Source: Achromobacter sp. M1
GTDB lineage: Bacteria > Pseudomonadota > Gammaproteobacteria > Burkholderiales > Burkholderiaceae_B
Reading direction: 5' to 3'
DNA length: 24,000 nt
NCBI GenBank assembly: GCA_046736065.1
Contig: CP159308.1
Location: 3,209,173-3,233,172, forward strand
Shown here: in pieces, positions 8,313 to 16,163 of the stretch
Layout: every line of letters begins with the position of its first letter
How positions within the stretch are numbered: position 1 is the stretch's first letter
Translations under genes and position numbers: made by a program
Notes under the pieces: generated by a model
The model's database searches: none
What the model saw: the letters and a program-made list of their open reading frames with translations, nothing else
What the model was told of the DNA's origin: nothing

Positions 8313-9498
8313 GCCGGCACCTCATCCGACACCGGAAACATTTGCCGAATCAAGCCCTTTTTGAAGGCCTTGAGGACGTCGACCTTTTGGCTTTGAGTGG
8401 CGATCAGTTTGTCAATCGATATCAGGCAGTCGGCGATTCGATCCTGCTCAGGGGGAGATGGGCATTGCAAGGAAATCTTTGCAAAGTCGTCGTAGTAAAG
8501 GCGCAATCTGTCCTCGGTCAACCCCCTAGAATGCGCAGTCAAGACTTGAAGTGACTGTGGTCGTTTTAATAGGTAATAGAAAAGAGGGAATTCACGCCCT
8601 GTGGCTCTAGAACAATGTAAGCAGGGCTAACCATGCAATCTTCCGGTGCGATTCCCAACGCCCCTTGCCACATCCGCATCATGTTATAAGCAAGATCGCC
8701 AGTGCGCACTGTCTTGTTTGCGCTTGCCTCGGCAATATCATCTATTTTTCGATCTAATGAAGCACGTGGCACCAAGCCGTCTGTCATTGTTACCGAGTAA
8801 ATTGGCAACCCCGGCCTGCCCCGCTCAATCCGGTTCAAAAATAGTTCTCCAGCGGTGACTTTTGACCAACTGCCAGCGCTGCGAAACTCCGGGAATCTCA
8901 GCCGTGGCACGACTTCGCCGTCACGGGGGAAAAGCTGCTGCAACAGGCCTTTCTTGTGGGTTATGAGGGTGTCTAGCTTCCGATTTTCTGTCGTAATTAG
9001 CTCATCAAGAGAAGACAGGCAGTCGGCAATTTTTTGTTGCTCTCCTGGGCACGGAGTCGAGATCGGCATGGGTGCGAATTTGGAGATCCAATGCCGCTCA
9101 TGAGCACCAACTTCATATGAAGTATTCTGCAGGAGTTCATACAGGAACTTGATGTTTTCTCCATTTTTAGCCTGCAATATTTTCATTGCCGACGACTTGG
9201 CCTTGAACGGAAAATCAACGAATTGCGTGGCTGTGGTGAAATCGTCGAAAATTATTACAGGCAACCCTTGAGAAAAAATACCGTGCTTTTCATTTGTATA
9301 TCCCAATACAAATGTCTTGCCAGCTGTCAAAACTGGAGTGTCATAATTTTCGCTGTAGCTGGTATCAGAAACCAGATAATCCGTTGGCTGCTGGTAATCC
9401 AAACACTCCCCGAGCGTTGTCGCCTTCCATTCACCAGCATCTCGAAACTCCGGAAACCGCAACCGTGGTACCAAAGGCTGTTTTTCACTTCCACTCAT
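8309..9498 (-). pseudogene. hsdS: Type I R-M specificity subunit HsdS; single 1-nt frame break as sequenced in an A4/T4 run at 8580-8583 (probably artefactual)
   Basis: The two-TRD architecture shows repeated conserved regions. These are VPRLRFPEFRDAGEW.. and VPRLRFPEFRSAGSW.., then PGEQQKIADCLSSLDELITTENRKLDTLITHKKGLLQQLFP and PPEQDRIADCLISIDKLIATQSQKVDVLKAFKKGLIRQMFP. Adding one T gives a continuous ..NSLFFYYLLKRPQSLQVLTAHSRG.. Confidence 0.9.
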
Positions 9499-9872
9499 GC
9501 CATTTGCTCCTGCGACCGTGCGAGGATCATCTTGAAGAGGTTCCCAGCCCGGTCGCCGATCAGATCAATCTGCGGCCAGGCCCGTAAATCACGCAGCAAG
9601 CTGCCTCCCAGCCCGCGATGCGGCAGGAGCTTGGCGGCAAAGGACGCCAGAATCGAGTTGCGCATATTGCTGTTGACTGCTTTGATGTTTTCGATGGTCA
9701 GGTTATTGGACGGATGGCCGAGGCTGATGCCCGTTTTCTTCAACGTGCTTCCATAGTTGCTGTTGTAGAAGTTGTCATCGCCCGTCAACTTGAATTCGCG
9801 GTTTGCGTGGGTGTGCAAATGGACATCTGCGCGAGTCCAATGCGCGCCTTGTGTAAAAACGGCTCCCATCAT
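9495..9872 (-). CDS. Hypothetical 125-aa protein (orf125) wedged between hsdR and hsdS; N-terminal H-x-H motif (GAHWTRADVHLHTH)
   Basis: The ORF exactly fills the hsdR-hsdS gap, with ATGA overlaps at both ends (9869-9872 and 9495-9498). Its base composition matches the operon. No family was recognised. Confidence 0.6.
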   Translation of the reverse strand: MMGAVFTQGAHWTRADVHLHTHANREFKLTGDDNFYNSNYGSTLKKTGISLGHPSNNLTIENIKAVNSNMRNSILASFAAKLLPHRGLGGSLLRDLRAWPQIDLIGDRAGNLFKMILARSQEQMA

Positions 9873-12847
9873 CGTCCCTCCTCATAGGCGGCGAGGCCAG
9901 CAATGTCTTGGCCTTGGGCAAGCTTGTGTAGTAGCGGCGTCAGCTCCTCCATCAGCGCCAGTTCCTTCTGCGTCCGCGCTTTCCAACTGAGATTCAACGG
10001 GGCCATCAGATCGGAAAGGCGCTCACCGTCGAAGATGCGGCGGTGCAGGATTTCATTGACAAACTCCTGTAGGGCGTCAGGCGCGAGCGCGTGGCGGCTG
10101 GCCATGTCGTTGATTTCCCGCGTCTTCTTTTCTGCCTTGAAGTGGTCGTATCCGGCACGAATCTGCCGCTCATCCAGGGCTTCATTGACCGGCAAGCTGC
10201 GGATGTACTCGGCAATAACCTCCCGCTCGTCGATAAACTTGGCATCGGACTGGATGAGACCTATGAGCTGCTCCCGATTCATCGTGAGCTTGCCGGGCTT
10301 CTGCTGGGTCAGTTTCGCAATCAGGCCCATGATGTAGTCGTAGTCGATCACCGACGAGGCGAAGAGTACAAACTCGAAGTCAAGCTGCTGTACATCGGGT
10401 GGAGCCTGATCGCCCTCCTTGCTCTGTATTTCTTTCAGATGCTTGGCGGTTTCAAGGTAGGTACTGCGGAAGCTCTGCAACTGGTCTGGCGACAGGATGG
10501 TGTCAATGCGCTCTTTCTGCTCTGGTGCCAAATCGGTGTACTGATCGAGCTGGGTTTTGAGCCGTTGCACCTCTTTGAAACGGTTGACGAACTCGATGCG
10601 GGCGGTATCCCCCTTGAGGTTGTATACCGCCTCGGGTTCGCAAATGAGGTTCTTGTCCGTCATGAAGCGCGACATGCCTGCCACGGCGGCTTCGTATTTG
10701 TGGATGACCTCTGCTGCGGATTCCACTAGCCAGATTTCGCGAGGGTTGTCGATCTTTTCTCCGGAAAAGAGCGCAATCGCTTCCTCAACCGGATTCTGTT
10801 GCTGGCGGAAGTCGAGAATATTGCCGTAAGGTTTGCTATCGTTGAGCACGCGATTGGTGCGCGAAAACGCCTGGATCAGGCCGTGGTACTTGAGGTTCTT
10901 GTCCACGTACAGGGTGTTGAGGTACTTGGAGTCGAAGCCGGTGAGTAGCATGTCCACCACGATGGTGACGTCGATTTTCTGCGCGGCGGGCAGGTCGGCG
11001 TTGGGATACTGCTGATCCTTGATGCGCTTTTGCACATCCTGGTAGTACAGGTCGAACTCACTGATACGGTGGTTGGTACCAAAGCGTGCGTTGTAATCGG
11101 CGACGATGCGAGTGAGTGCCGCCTTCTTGCCCTCTGGGTCTTTCTTGTTGTCTTCTTGTTCTTGTGGCAGGTCTTCCTGAATCTGCTGCACGTCCTTGTT
11201 GCCGTCAGCTGGTGGGGAGAACACGCAGGCGACATTCAACGGACGGAATTCGGGGTCTTGCTCTGTTTTTTGGTTCTGAATGCGCGCGAACAGCTCAAAG
11301 TATTCAATGGCATCGTTGATGCTGGCCGTTGCCAGCACCGCATTGAACTTACGACCATTGGTCGCAGTGTCGTGCTTGGCGAGGATAGTCTCGATGACCT
11401 TGGCTTTGGCTACGCCTTCGCCGGGCTTGGGCGGGTTCTTGCCTTCAGGCTTGAAGTAGTCCACGTGGAAGCGCAGGACATTGCGATCTTCAATGGCGTG
11501 GGTGATGGTGTATTGGTGCAGACAGCGCTGGAATAGATCGTCGGTTGTGCGATAACTGGCCTGCTGACCTTCGATCTGCTGATAGCTGGCGTTCTTCTCG
11601 AATATGGGTGTGCCGGTAAAGCCAAAGAGCTGGGCGTTAGGGAAGAACTCCTTGATGGCTTTGTGGTTGTCGCCGAACTGCGAACGGTGGCATTCATCAA
11701 AGATGAACACCATGCGCTGGTTGCGTAGCGGTTCCAAACGCTCTTTGTAATTGCGCTTGTTGGCCCCGTCCAGGGCAAGGCCCAGCTTCTGAATGGTCGT
11801 GACTATCACCTTGTCGGCGTAGTCATCCGACAGCAGGCGGCGCACCAGTGTTTCGGTATTGGTGTTTTCCTCAACGCAACCTTCCTGGAAGCGGTTGAAT
11901 TCCTCGCGAGTCTGCCGATCCAAGTCTTTGCGGTCGACCACGAACAGACATTTGTCGATGTCTGGATTGTCTTTGAGCAGGGTAGAAGCCTTGAAGGAGG
12001 TGAGAGTCTTGCCCGAGCCGGTGGTATGCCAGATATAGCCGTTTCCGCAGTTCTGGTGGATGCAATCCACGATAGCTTTGACGGCATAGATTTGGTATGG
12101 CCGCATCATCAACAGCTTTTGTTCACTGGCCACTAGCACCATGTAGCGGCTGATCATCTGGCCAAGGATGCACTTGGCCAAAAACTTCTCGGCAAAGCTA
12201 TCGAGCAGGGTAACTTTCTTATTGTCTTCGCTGGCGAACTGATAAATCGGCAGAAAACGCTCATCCGCGTTGAAGCTGAAGTGGCGCGCGTTGTTGTTGG
12301 CGAAGTACCAGGTATCGGTGCGGTTGCTGACGATGAATAGCTGCAAAAAGCACAGCAGCGTTTTGCCGTAACCGTTGCCGGGAACGGCCTTGTAATCAAC
12401 GATCTGCTGCATCGCCCGGCGCGGGCTGACGGCCAGGGTCTTTAGCTCAATTTGCACCACCGGCACCCCATTGATGAGCAGCATCACGTCGTAGCGGTGA
12501 TGGCTGTTTTCGGTGTTGATGCGTAGCTGGTTGATGACCTCGAAGTCGTTCTTACACCAATCCCGGATGTTGACCAAGGTGTAGTTCAGCGGCGTGCCAT
12601 CGTCGCGTTCGAAGCTGTTGATGTTGCGTAGCGTTTGGGCAGCGTTGTAAACATCGTCTGTCACGATGCTTTCCCGCAGGCGCTGGAACTCGCTGTCGGT
12701 CAGGCGCACCCGGTTGAGTGCCTCAAACTTGGCGCGGAAGTTGGCCTCTAGCGCGGTACGGTCTCGGATATCAGGGCGATAGGTGTACTTGAGGTCACCA
12801 AGCTTGGCGATCAGATCGAGTTCGATTTGTTGTTCTGATGTTGTCAT
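9869..12847 (-). CDS. hsdR: Type I restriction enzyme, restriction/helicase subunit HsdR
   Basis: ATG at 12847 is preceded by GAGGAAAGAG (MTTSEQQIELDLIAKLG...). It has a PD-(D/E)xK nuclease region (YDVMLLINGVPVVQIELK), helicase motif I (HTTGSGKTLTSF) and motif II (FIFDECHRSQ). Length is 992 aa. The ORF-track extension to 13075 is rejected. Confidence 0.95.
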   Translation of the reverse strand: MTTSEQQIELDLIAKLGDLKYTYRPDIRDRTALEANFRAKFEALNRVRLTDSEFQRLRESIVTDDVYNAAQTLRNINSFERDDGTPLNYTLVNIRDWCKNDFEVINQLRINTENSHHRYDVMLLINGVPVVQIELKTLAVSPRRAMQQIVDYKAVPGNGYGKTLLCFLQLFIVSNRTDTWYFANNNARHFSFNADERFLPIYQFASEDNKKVTLLDSFAEKFLAKCILGQMISRYMVLVASEQKLLMMRPYQIYAVKAIVDCIHQNCGNGYIWHTTGSGKTLTSFKASTLLKDNPDIDKCLFVVDRKDLDRQTREEFNRFQEGCVEENTNTETLVRRLLSDDYADKVIVTTIQKLGLALDGANKRNYKERLEPLRNQRMVFIFDECHRSQFGDNHKAIKEFFPNAQLFGFTGTPIFEKNASYQQIEGQQASYRTTDDLFQRCLHQYTITHAIEDRNVLRFHVDYFKPEGKNPPKPGEGVAKAKVIETILAKHDTATNGRKFNAVLATASINDAIEYFELFARIQNQKTEQDPEFRPLNVACVFSPPADGNKDVQQIQEDLPQEQEDNKKDPEGKKAALTRIVADYNARFGTNHRISEFDLYYQDVQKRIKDQQYPNADLPAAQKIDVTIVVDMLLTGFDSKYLNTLYVDKNLKYHGLIQAFSRTNRVLNDSKPYGNILDFRQQQNPVEEAIALFSGEKIDNPREIWLVESAAEVIHKYEAAVAGMSRFMTDKNLICEPEAVYNLKGDTARIEFVNRFKEVQRLKTQLDQYTDLAPEQKERIDTILSPDQLQSFRSTYLETAKHLKEIQSKEGDQAPPDVQQLDFEFVLFASSVIDYDYIMGLIAKLTQQKPGKLTMNREQLIGLIQSDAKFIDEREVIAEYIRSLPVNEALDERQIRAGYDHFKAEKKTREINDMASRHALAPDALQEFVNEILHRRIFDGERLSDLMAPLNLSWKARTQKELALMEELTPLLHKLAQGQDIAGLAAYEEGR

Positions 12848-12914
12848 GACTCTTTCCTCAAAGACGCAAACGGTTTGCCATGGCCGTTGCATGGGCGGAT
12901 AAAAGCCGTGGTGC

Positions 12915-13124
12915 TCATGTGTGTTGACCCCCTGACTCAGTGGCATCTTCGTCAGCCCCGCCTGCGCGCACCCACTCGTCCACTTCGGACAGCTGAAACT
13001 TCCACAGTCGCCCCACACGATGCGCTGGTAGGCCCTTGCGCTCTCTCCAGCGATAAACAGTGTCTTTGGCGACACCCAGATGCTGGGCCACGTGTTCAGC
13101 AGTCACCCACGGTTCAGTGCTCAT
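12915..13124 (-). CDS. Excisionase-family (MerR-superfamily-like) helix-turn-helix DNA-binding protein
   Basis: 69 aa. WVTAEHVAQHLGVAKDTVYRWRERKGLPAHRVGRLWKFQLSEVDEWV matches the excisionase-family HTH pattern (..EaA.yLgvs..tvYrw...g.lPa.rvGr.w.f...ev..Wv). It lies 67 nt upstream of hsdR on the same strand. Confidence 0.85.
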   Translation of the reverse strand: MSTEPWVTAEHVAQHLGVAKDTVYRWRERKGLPAHRVGRLWKFQLSEVDEWVRAGGADEDATESGGQHT

Positions 13125-13216
13125 GTCGATGGCGCTCTGGAATTATGTTTTAAAGTCGTCTTAAATCGTTTGAAGTCTACCATTGAAATTCTATTTAAGC
13201 CCCCGCCTGGCCAACC
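13125..13216 (-). promoter_or_regulatory. AT-rich upstream region of the HTH-hsdR transcription unit, with tandem TTAAA(G)TCGT repeats (13150-13160, 13161-13170)
   Basis: This is a 92-bp AT-rich intergenic stretch in otherwise GC-rich flanks. A possible -10 element, CATAAT, lies on the minus strand. The promoter assignment is not verified. Confidence 0.3.
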
Positions 13217-14079
13217 TCAAACTCCCAGATAGATCGACGTCACCGTCAACCGCTCATGTCCGAGCTCACGGCTGATCTGCTGGCGGGTGTGTCTATCGAC
13301 CAAGCGCTGCGACAGCCCTAGTTGAGCCTTGCCAGGTCCGCCGGCTGCTGGTGACTTCCACCCCGTCAATGCTTCATATCGCATCTGTGCATACCGATGC
13401 CGCAGGCCATGCATATTGCTCAGGCTTGCAGCCTTGCACTGCCCATCGTAGGCGCGCCGCTGCTGGATGAAGGTCTTGTCTGCCGGGATCAATGATCCTC
13501 TGCCCGCCAGGCGGTGTGCTGCGTGGAGCACGTCGCGTTGCTCTGTCGTGGTGATGGGCACAGTTCGCTCCCGACCGCCCTTGGTCCACGATCCCTTGAG
13601 GGCGATGTTGTCCCCCGATCCGCGTAACTGGGCTGGAACTTGATCGCTTCCTCCCGACGCAATCCGAAGGCGGCCTGTAGCTGAAGGCTCATGCGTACGT
13701 GCGCGTCGGTGACCTGTTCAAGACGTGTGCCCAGTTCCTGGGCCTTGCTGATGTTGGTCACATAGTGGCGCTCGGCCACGCCGAGTTGCGTGTTGTCCGT
13801 CGGCAGGATGCCGGCCTTGCCGATCTTCTCTGCCCACCAGCGCAGGTGAGAGAGCCGATTCTTGATGGTGCCGGACGACAAGCCTTCTCCCTGCCAGCGA
13901 TCCAGCAGCGTCTGGACGTGCTTGCCCTTGAGCGACGAGGCTTTCATCTGCCGGAAACCGGCCTCCCGCAGTTGCCGCGCGGCCAGCGACAGCGAGCGCA
14001 TCCGGTCGGCCTGTGTGGTGTAGCTGCCGTCTCGGTTGCGCTGGCATAGCTGCCGCAGGGTGTAGGTCAAGTCGTCCAT
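13217..14079 (-). pseudogene. Second tyrosine recombinase (phage-integrase family with Integrase_1-like N-domain); 1-nt frame break in a C5/G5 run at 13612-13616
   Basis: ATG at 14079 is preceded by GGAGA. The N-terminal part is MDDLTYTLRQLCQRNRDGSYTTQADR...GTIKNRLSHLRWWAEKIG. After restoring one G the sequence continues ..SYADRGDNIALKGSWTKGGRERTVPITTTEQRD... The catalytic boxes are HGLRHRYA and LGHERLTVTSIYLG. Confidence 0.8.
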
Positions 14080-14631
14080 CTTCCGGTCTCCAAGCAAAGC
14101 GCCGTACCGCGTTGTCCTGAAACTCAGTGGTTAGTGTTGGTGCCAACTCGCCAAGGCGAGATCCCGTGAGGGCAAGGGCATGGTGTTCAGGAGACACCAG
14201 AGCCTCGAATGAGGCGTCCGTCTTGCTCCCTGCTGGAAGCCCGGACGGAGGTACTACAAGACGAAAGTGATATGAACGTGGACGAGTCCTCCTATGAAGT
14301 GGATGGGATGAGAAATGCAGCGGCAGCTCTGTGCGTCGCGCACAGGCAATTGCCGCAAAGGACAGTGCGCCAGGTGGCGCAGTAGAGATGAGATCAAACA
14401 GACGAAGAAGGCTCCGCCCTGGGTAGGGCCGGTATGCGATCGGAGCCTGGGCATACCTGGGGTGGCTCCACCCTGTCGGGCCAGCGCTTGCAGGAACCTG
14501 CGCTGTTGGGGGGGCCGATGTACGAAGCCCATCGGTCTTGGCAACTGCCCGGTCAATGTAGTGCGGACATCATCATGTAGGCCGCACGCAATAGGAACTG
14601 GCTTTCGCCCGCATTGTTTGCGGTGTTGCGC

Positions 14632-14662
14632 GGGTCGTCACTGCGGTGTGCAGTGACGACCC
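14632..14662 (-). terminator. GC-rich hairpin (13-bp perfect stem GGGTCGTCACTGC/GCAGTGACGACCC, 5-nt loop) 19 nt after the rep stop
   Basis: A perfect inverted repeat was read directly from the sequence. No clear U-tract follows on the minus strand, so this is called terminator-like only. Confidence 0.4.
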
Positions 14663-14680
14663 GTTTCGCGGCAGCATTTG

Positions 14681-15820
14681 CTACGCAGGATGCGGCTGCC
14701 ATTCCCTGGCCTGCATTGCCTGTGCTGTGCTGTCCCCAGCGTTCGTCGGAACGTTTAGCATCTTGCGGATGTTGGCGATGTGCGCCAAGGCCGTTTCACG
14801 CGATGCCGGTGGCGCAGTGGGTTCCGGGCGGGCTTCGGTGCGCGGTGGAGTTGTAGGCCGGTTCGCGGCAGACGTCTCCTTGCGACCTGCCCACAGGCGG
14901 AATTCACCAGCAAATACGCGCTTCACCAAGGCGAAGAAGTAGGCCACGACATTGCGCACGGTGCCGCTCTGGCTGCGTGCCTGCAACTCGTCGAGCACTT
15001 CCTGGCGATGCTGCGGCGGCAGCCGCCGCAAGGCGGCCTGCACGTCCCTTTGCTGATCTGCCTGGGCATTGCTCAGGCAAGGCGGCAAGCTCACCGACTG
15101 CGATGCCGAATCGCCGTCGCTTTCGCGCGCGCGGTACGTACGTTCTTTTTATACATATACGTCTTATACGTATTGCCTTGCTTAGCCGGCATGTGGCAGG
15201 CGTGTTCGGTCTGTTGCGGAACAAGCGTGCTGCCAGCGGAATCGCCAGACAATGGCAGTGGGTCGGCTGCCTCGCTCGCCGGCGACGGCGGCGTAGGGGA
15301 AAATCATCGTCATCCCCGAGATGATCGTGGGTCGCAATGGAGGCGGCTTCAGGTGCCTGTGCCTGCGTTGCCTGAATGTGGACAGCCACCCGATCCACCT
15401 GGTTGTTTTCGTGGCCGATAGACGCTTGCAGAAGCACGGACAGACTGGCATCGAGTGCGCAGGCTTGTTGGAAGTCCAGGGCGCTTTCGTGAACCTGATA
15501 CAGCTCGCTGAGCACATGGCCGGTAAGGGGATCGCGTTGCTGGCCCACCAGGCTGATCCACCCCGTCAGCCGAAGCACGACGAGGACGCGCCGGGCCGTC
15601 TCGTACCCGGCCCTCTGCCCAGCGGGGTGGAGGTGAGATAGCGGCGCAACTGCCCCAGGTTTGCCAGCGGGCTGATGCCCTCAGCAGAGCGCAGCATGCG
15701 CAGAACCTGCCAGCCATTGCGCTCCAATGGCGTGAGGCGGGCATCGAGCATGAGCGAGGTCGGCGTGGTGAAGAAGGCGTCTTGCCCCAGCGGGTTGTGG
15801 CGGGTGAGGTGGTCTGCCAT
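14681..15820 (-). pseudogene. STY4528-family genomic-island replication protein; three apparent 1-nt frame breaks (about 15625, 15296-15303, 15146-15150)
   Basis: ATG at 15820 is preceded by GGAG. Joining the frames gives MADHLTRHNPLGQDAFFTTPTSLMLDARLTPLERNGWQVLRML...LG|QRAGYETARRVLVVLRLTGWISLVGQQRDPLTGHVLSELYQVHE...|FSPTPPSPASE...|..SLPPCLSNAQ...LDELQARSQSGTVRNVVAYFFALVKRVFAGEF. The LDxRLTPLERNxWQV and VRN..AY...LV.R motifs are as I recall for this family. Confidence 0.7.
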
Positions 15821-15984
15821 GGGAGTTCTCCAAGGTCTGGGCCACGGTGGCCCGTTCCCCTGCATCTCATCGCGTACCGCTCCATGCGTCAGCCAACAAT
15901 GCGGTCTGCGCCATACCCGTTTTATCCGGCAGGCGCAGCGCTGGCACCCGCATCCAGACTGATCTATCATCCCGATACCCCTAT

Positions 15985-16003
15985 GGGGGTACAACTGGGG
16001 TAC
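15985..16003 (+). promoter_or_regulatory. Pair of GGGG(G)TAC boxes (15985-15992, 15997-16003) at the island right end, upstream of rep; partner of the boxes at 1693-1734
   Basis: The motif, orientation and 12-bp spacing match the left-end pair. An inverted partial copy, GATACCCC, lies at 15974-15981. Confidence 0.4.
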
Positions 16004-16075
16004 TTCCAGCGATTCCCGCAAAGGCCGTGGCCTGATTTCCCCGTGAAACCTAGCATTCACGGCCCTTTGCCGACC

Positions 16076-16108
16076 GATCAACGTTTAAACGTGTGATCAA
16101 CGTCTGAC
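16076..16108. repeat. Putative attR region: three tandem AAC-GTN-TRA units (16080-16088, 16088-16096, 16099-16107); the last is an exact copy of the ychF end (AACGTCTGAC, 16099-16108)
   Basis: GATCAACGTTTAA (16076-16088) and GATCAACGTCTGA (16095-16107) differ at 2 of 13 positions. All three units mimic Asn-Val-stop, the C-terminus of YchF. Confidence 0.5.
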
Positions 16109-16130
16109 CGAATCCCCAACGCAGACGTTG
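16098..16130. terminator. Hairpin CAACGTCTG-(15 nt)-CAGACGTTG between the island end and the convergent LysR gene; possibly the original ychF/LysR bidirectional terminator
   Basis: A 9-bp perfect inverted repeat. Its left arm is the attR core. It lies 34 nt beyond the LysR stop. Confidence 0.35.
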
Positions 16131-16163
16131 CGGGCCAGGACCTCAACGGAAACCACCGTTTCC

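Noticed and set aside
8580-8583. Phase-variable switch of hsdS via homopolymer slippage
   Set aside because: The run is only 4 nt, and ten other breaks with an identical -1 signature occur in unrelated genes. Sequencing error is the more economical explanation.
12848-13075. 76-codon upstream extension of the hsdR ORF
   Set aside because: It overlaps the HTH gene in another frame. ATG 12847 has a strong GAGGAAAGAG Shine-Dalgarno sequence and gives the canonical HsdR N-terminus.
15134-15176. AT-rich patch with a palindrome (ATACGTAT) and a TATACGT direct repeat (15156-15162, 15165-15171) inside rep, considered as an internal origin or promoter splitting rep into two genes
   Set aside because: In the reconstructed frame it simply encodes ..KQGNTYKTYMYKKERTY.. 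within a ~380-aa Rep of family-typical length. An ori function cannot be excluded, but nothing requires it.
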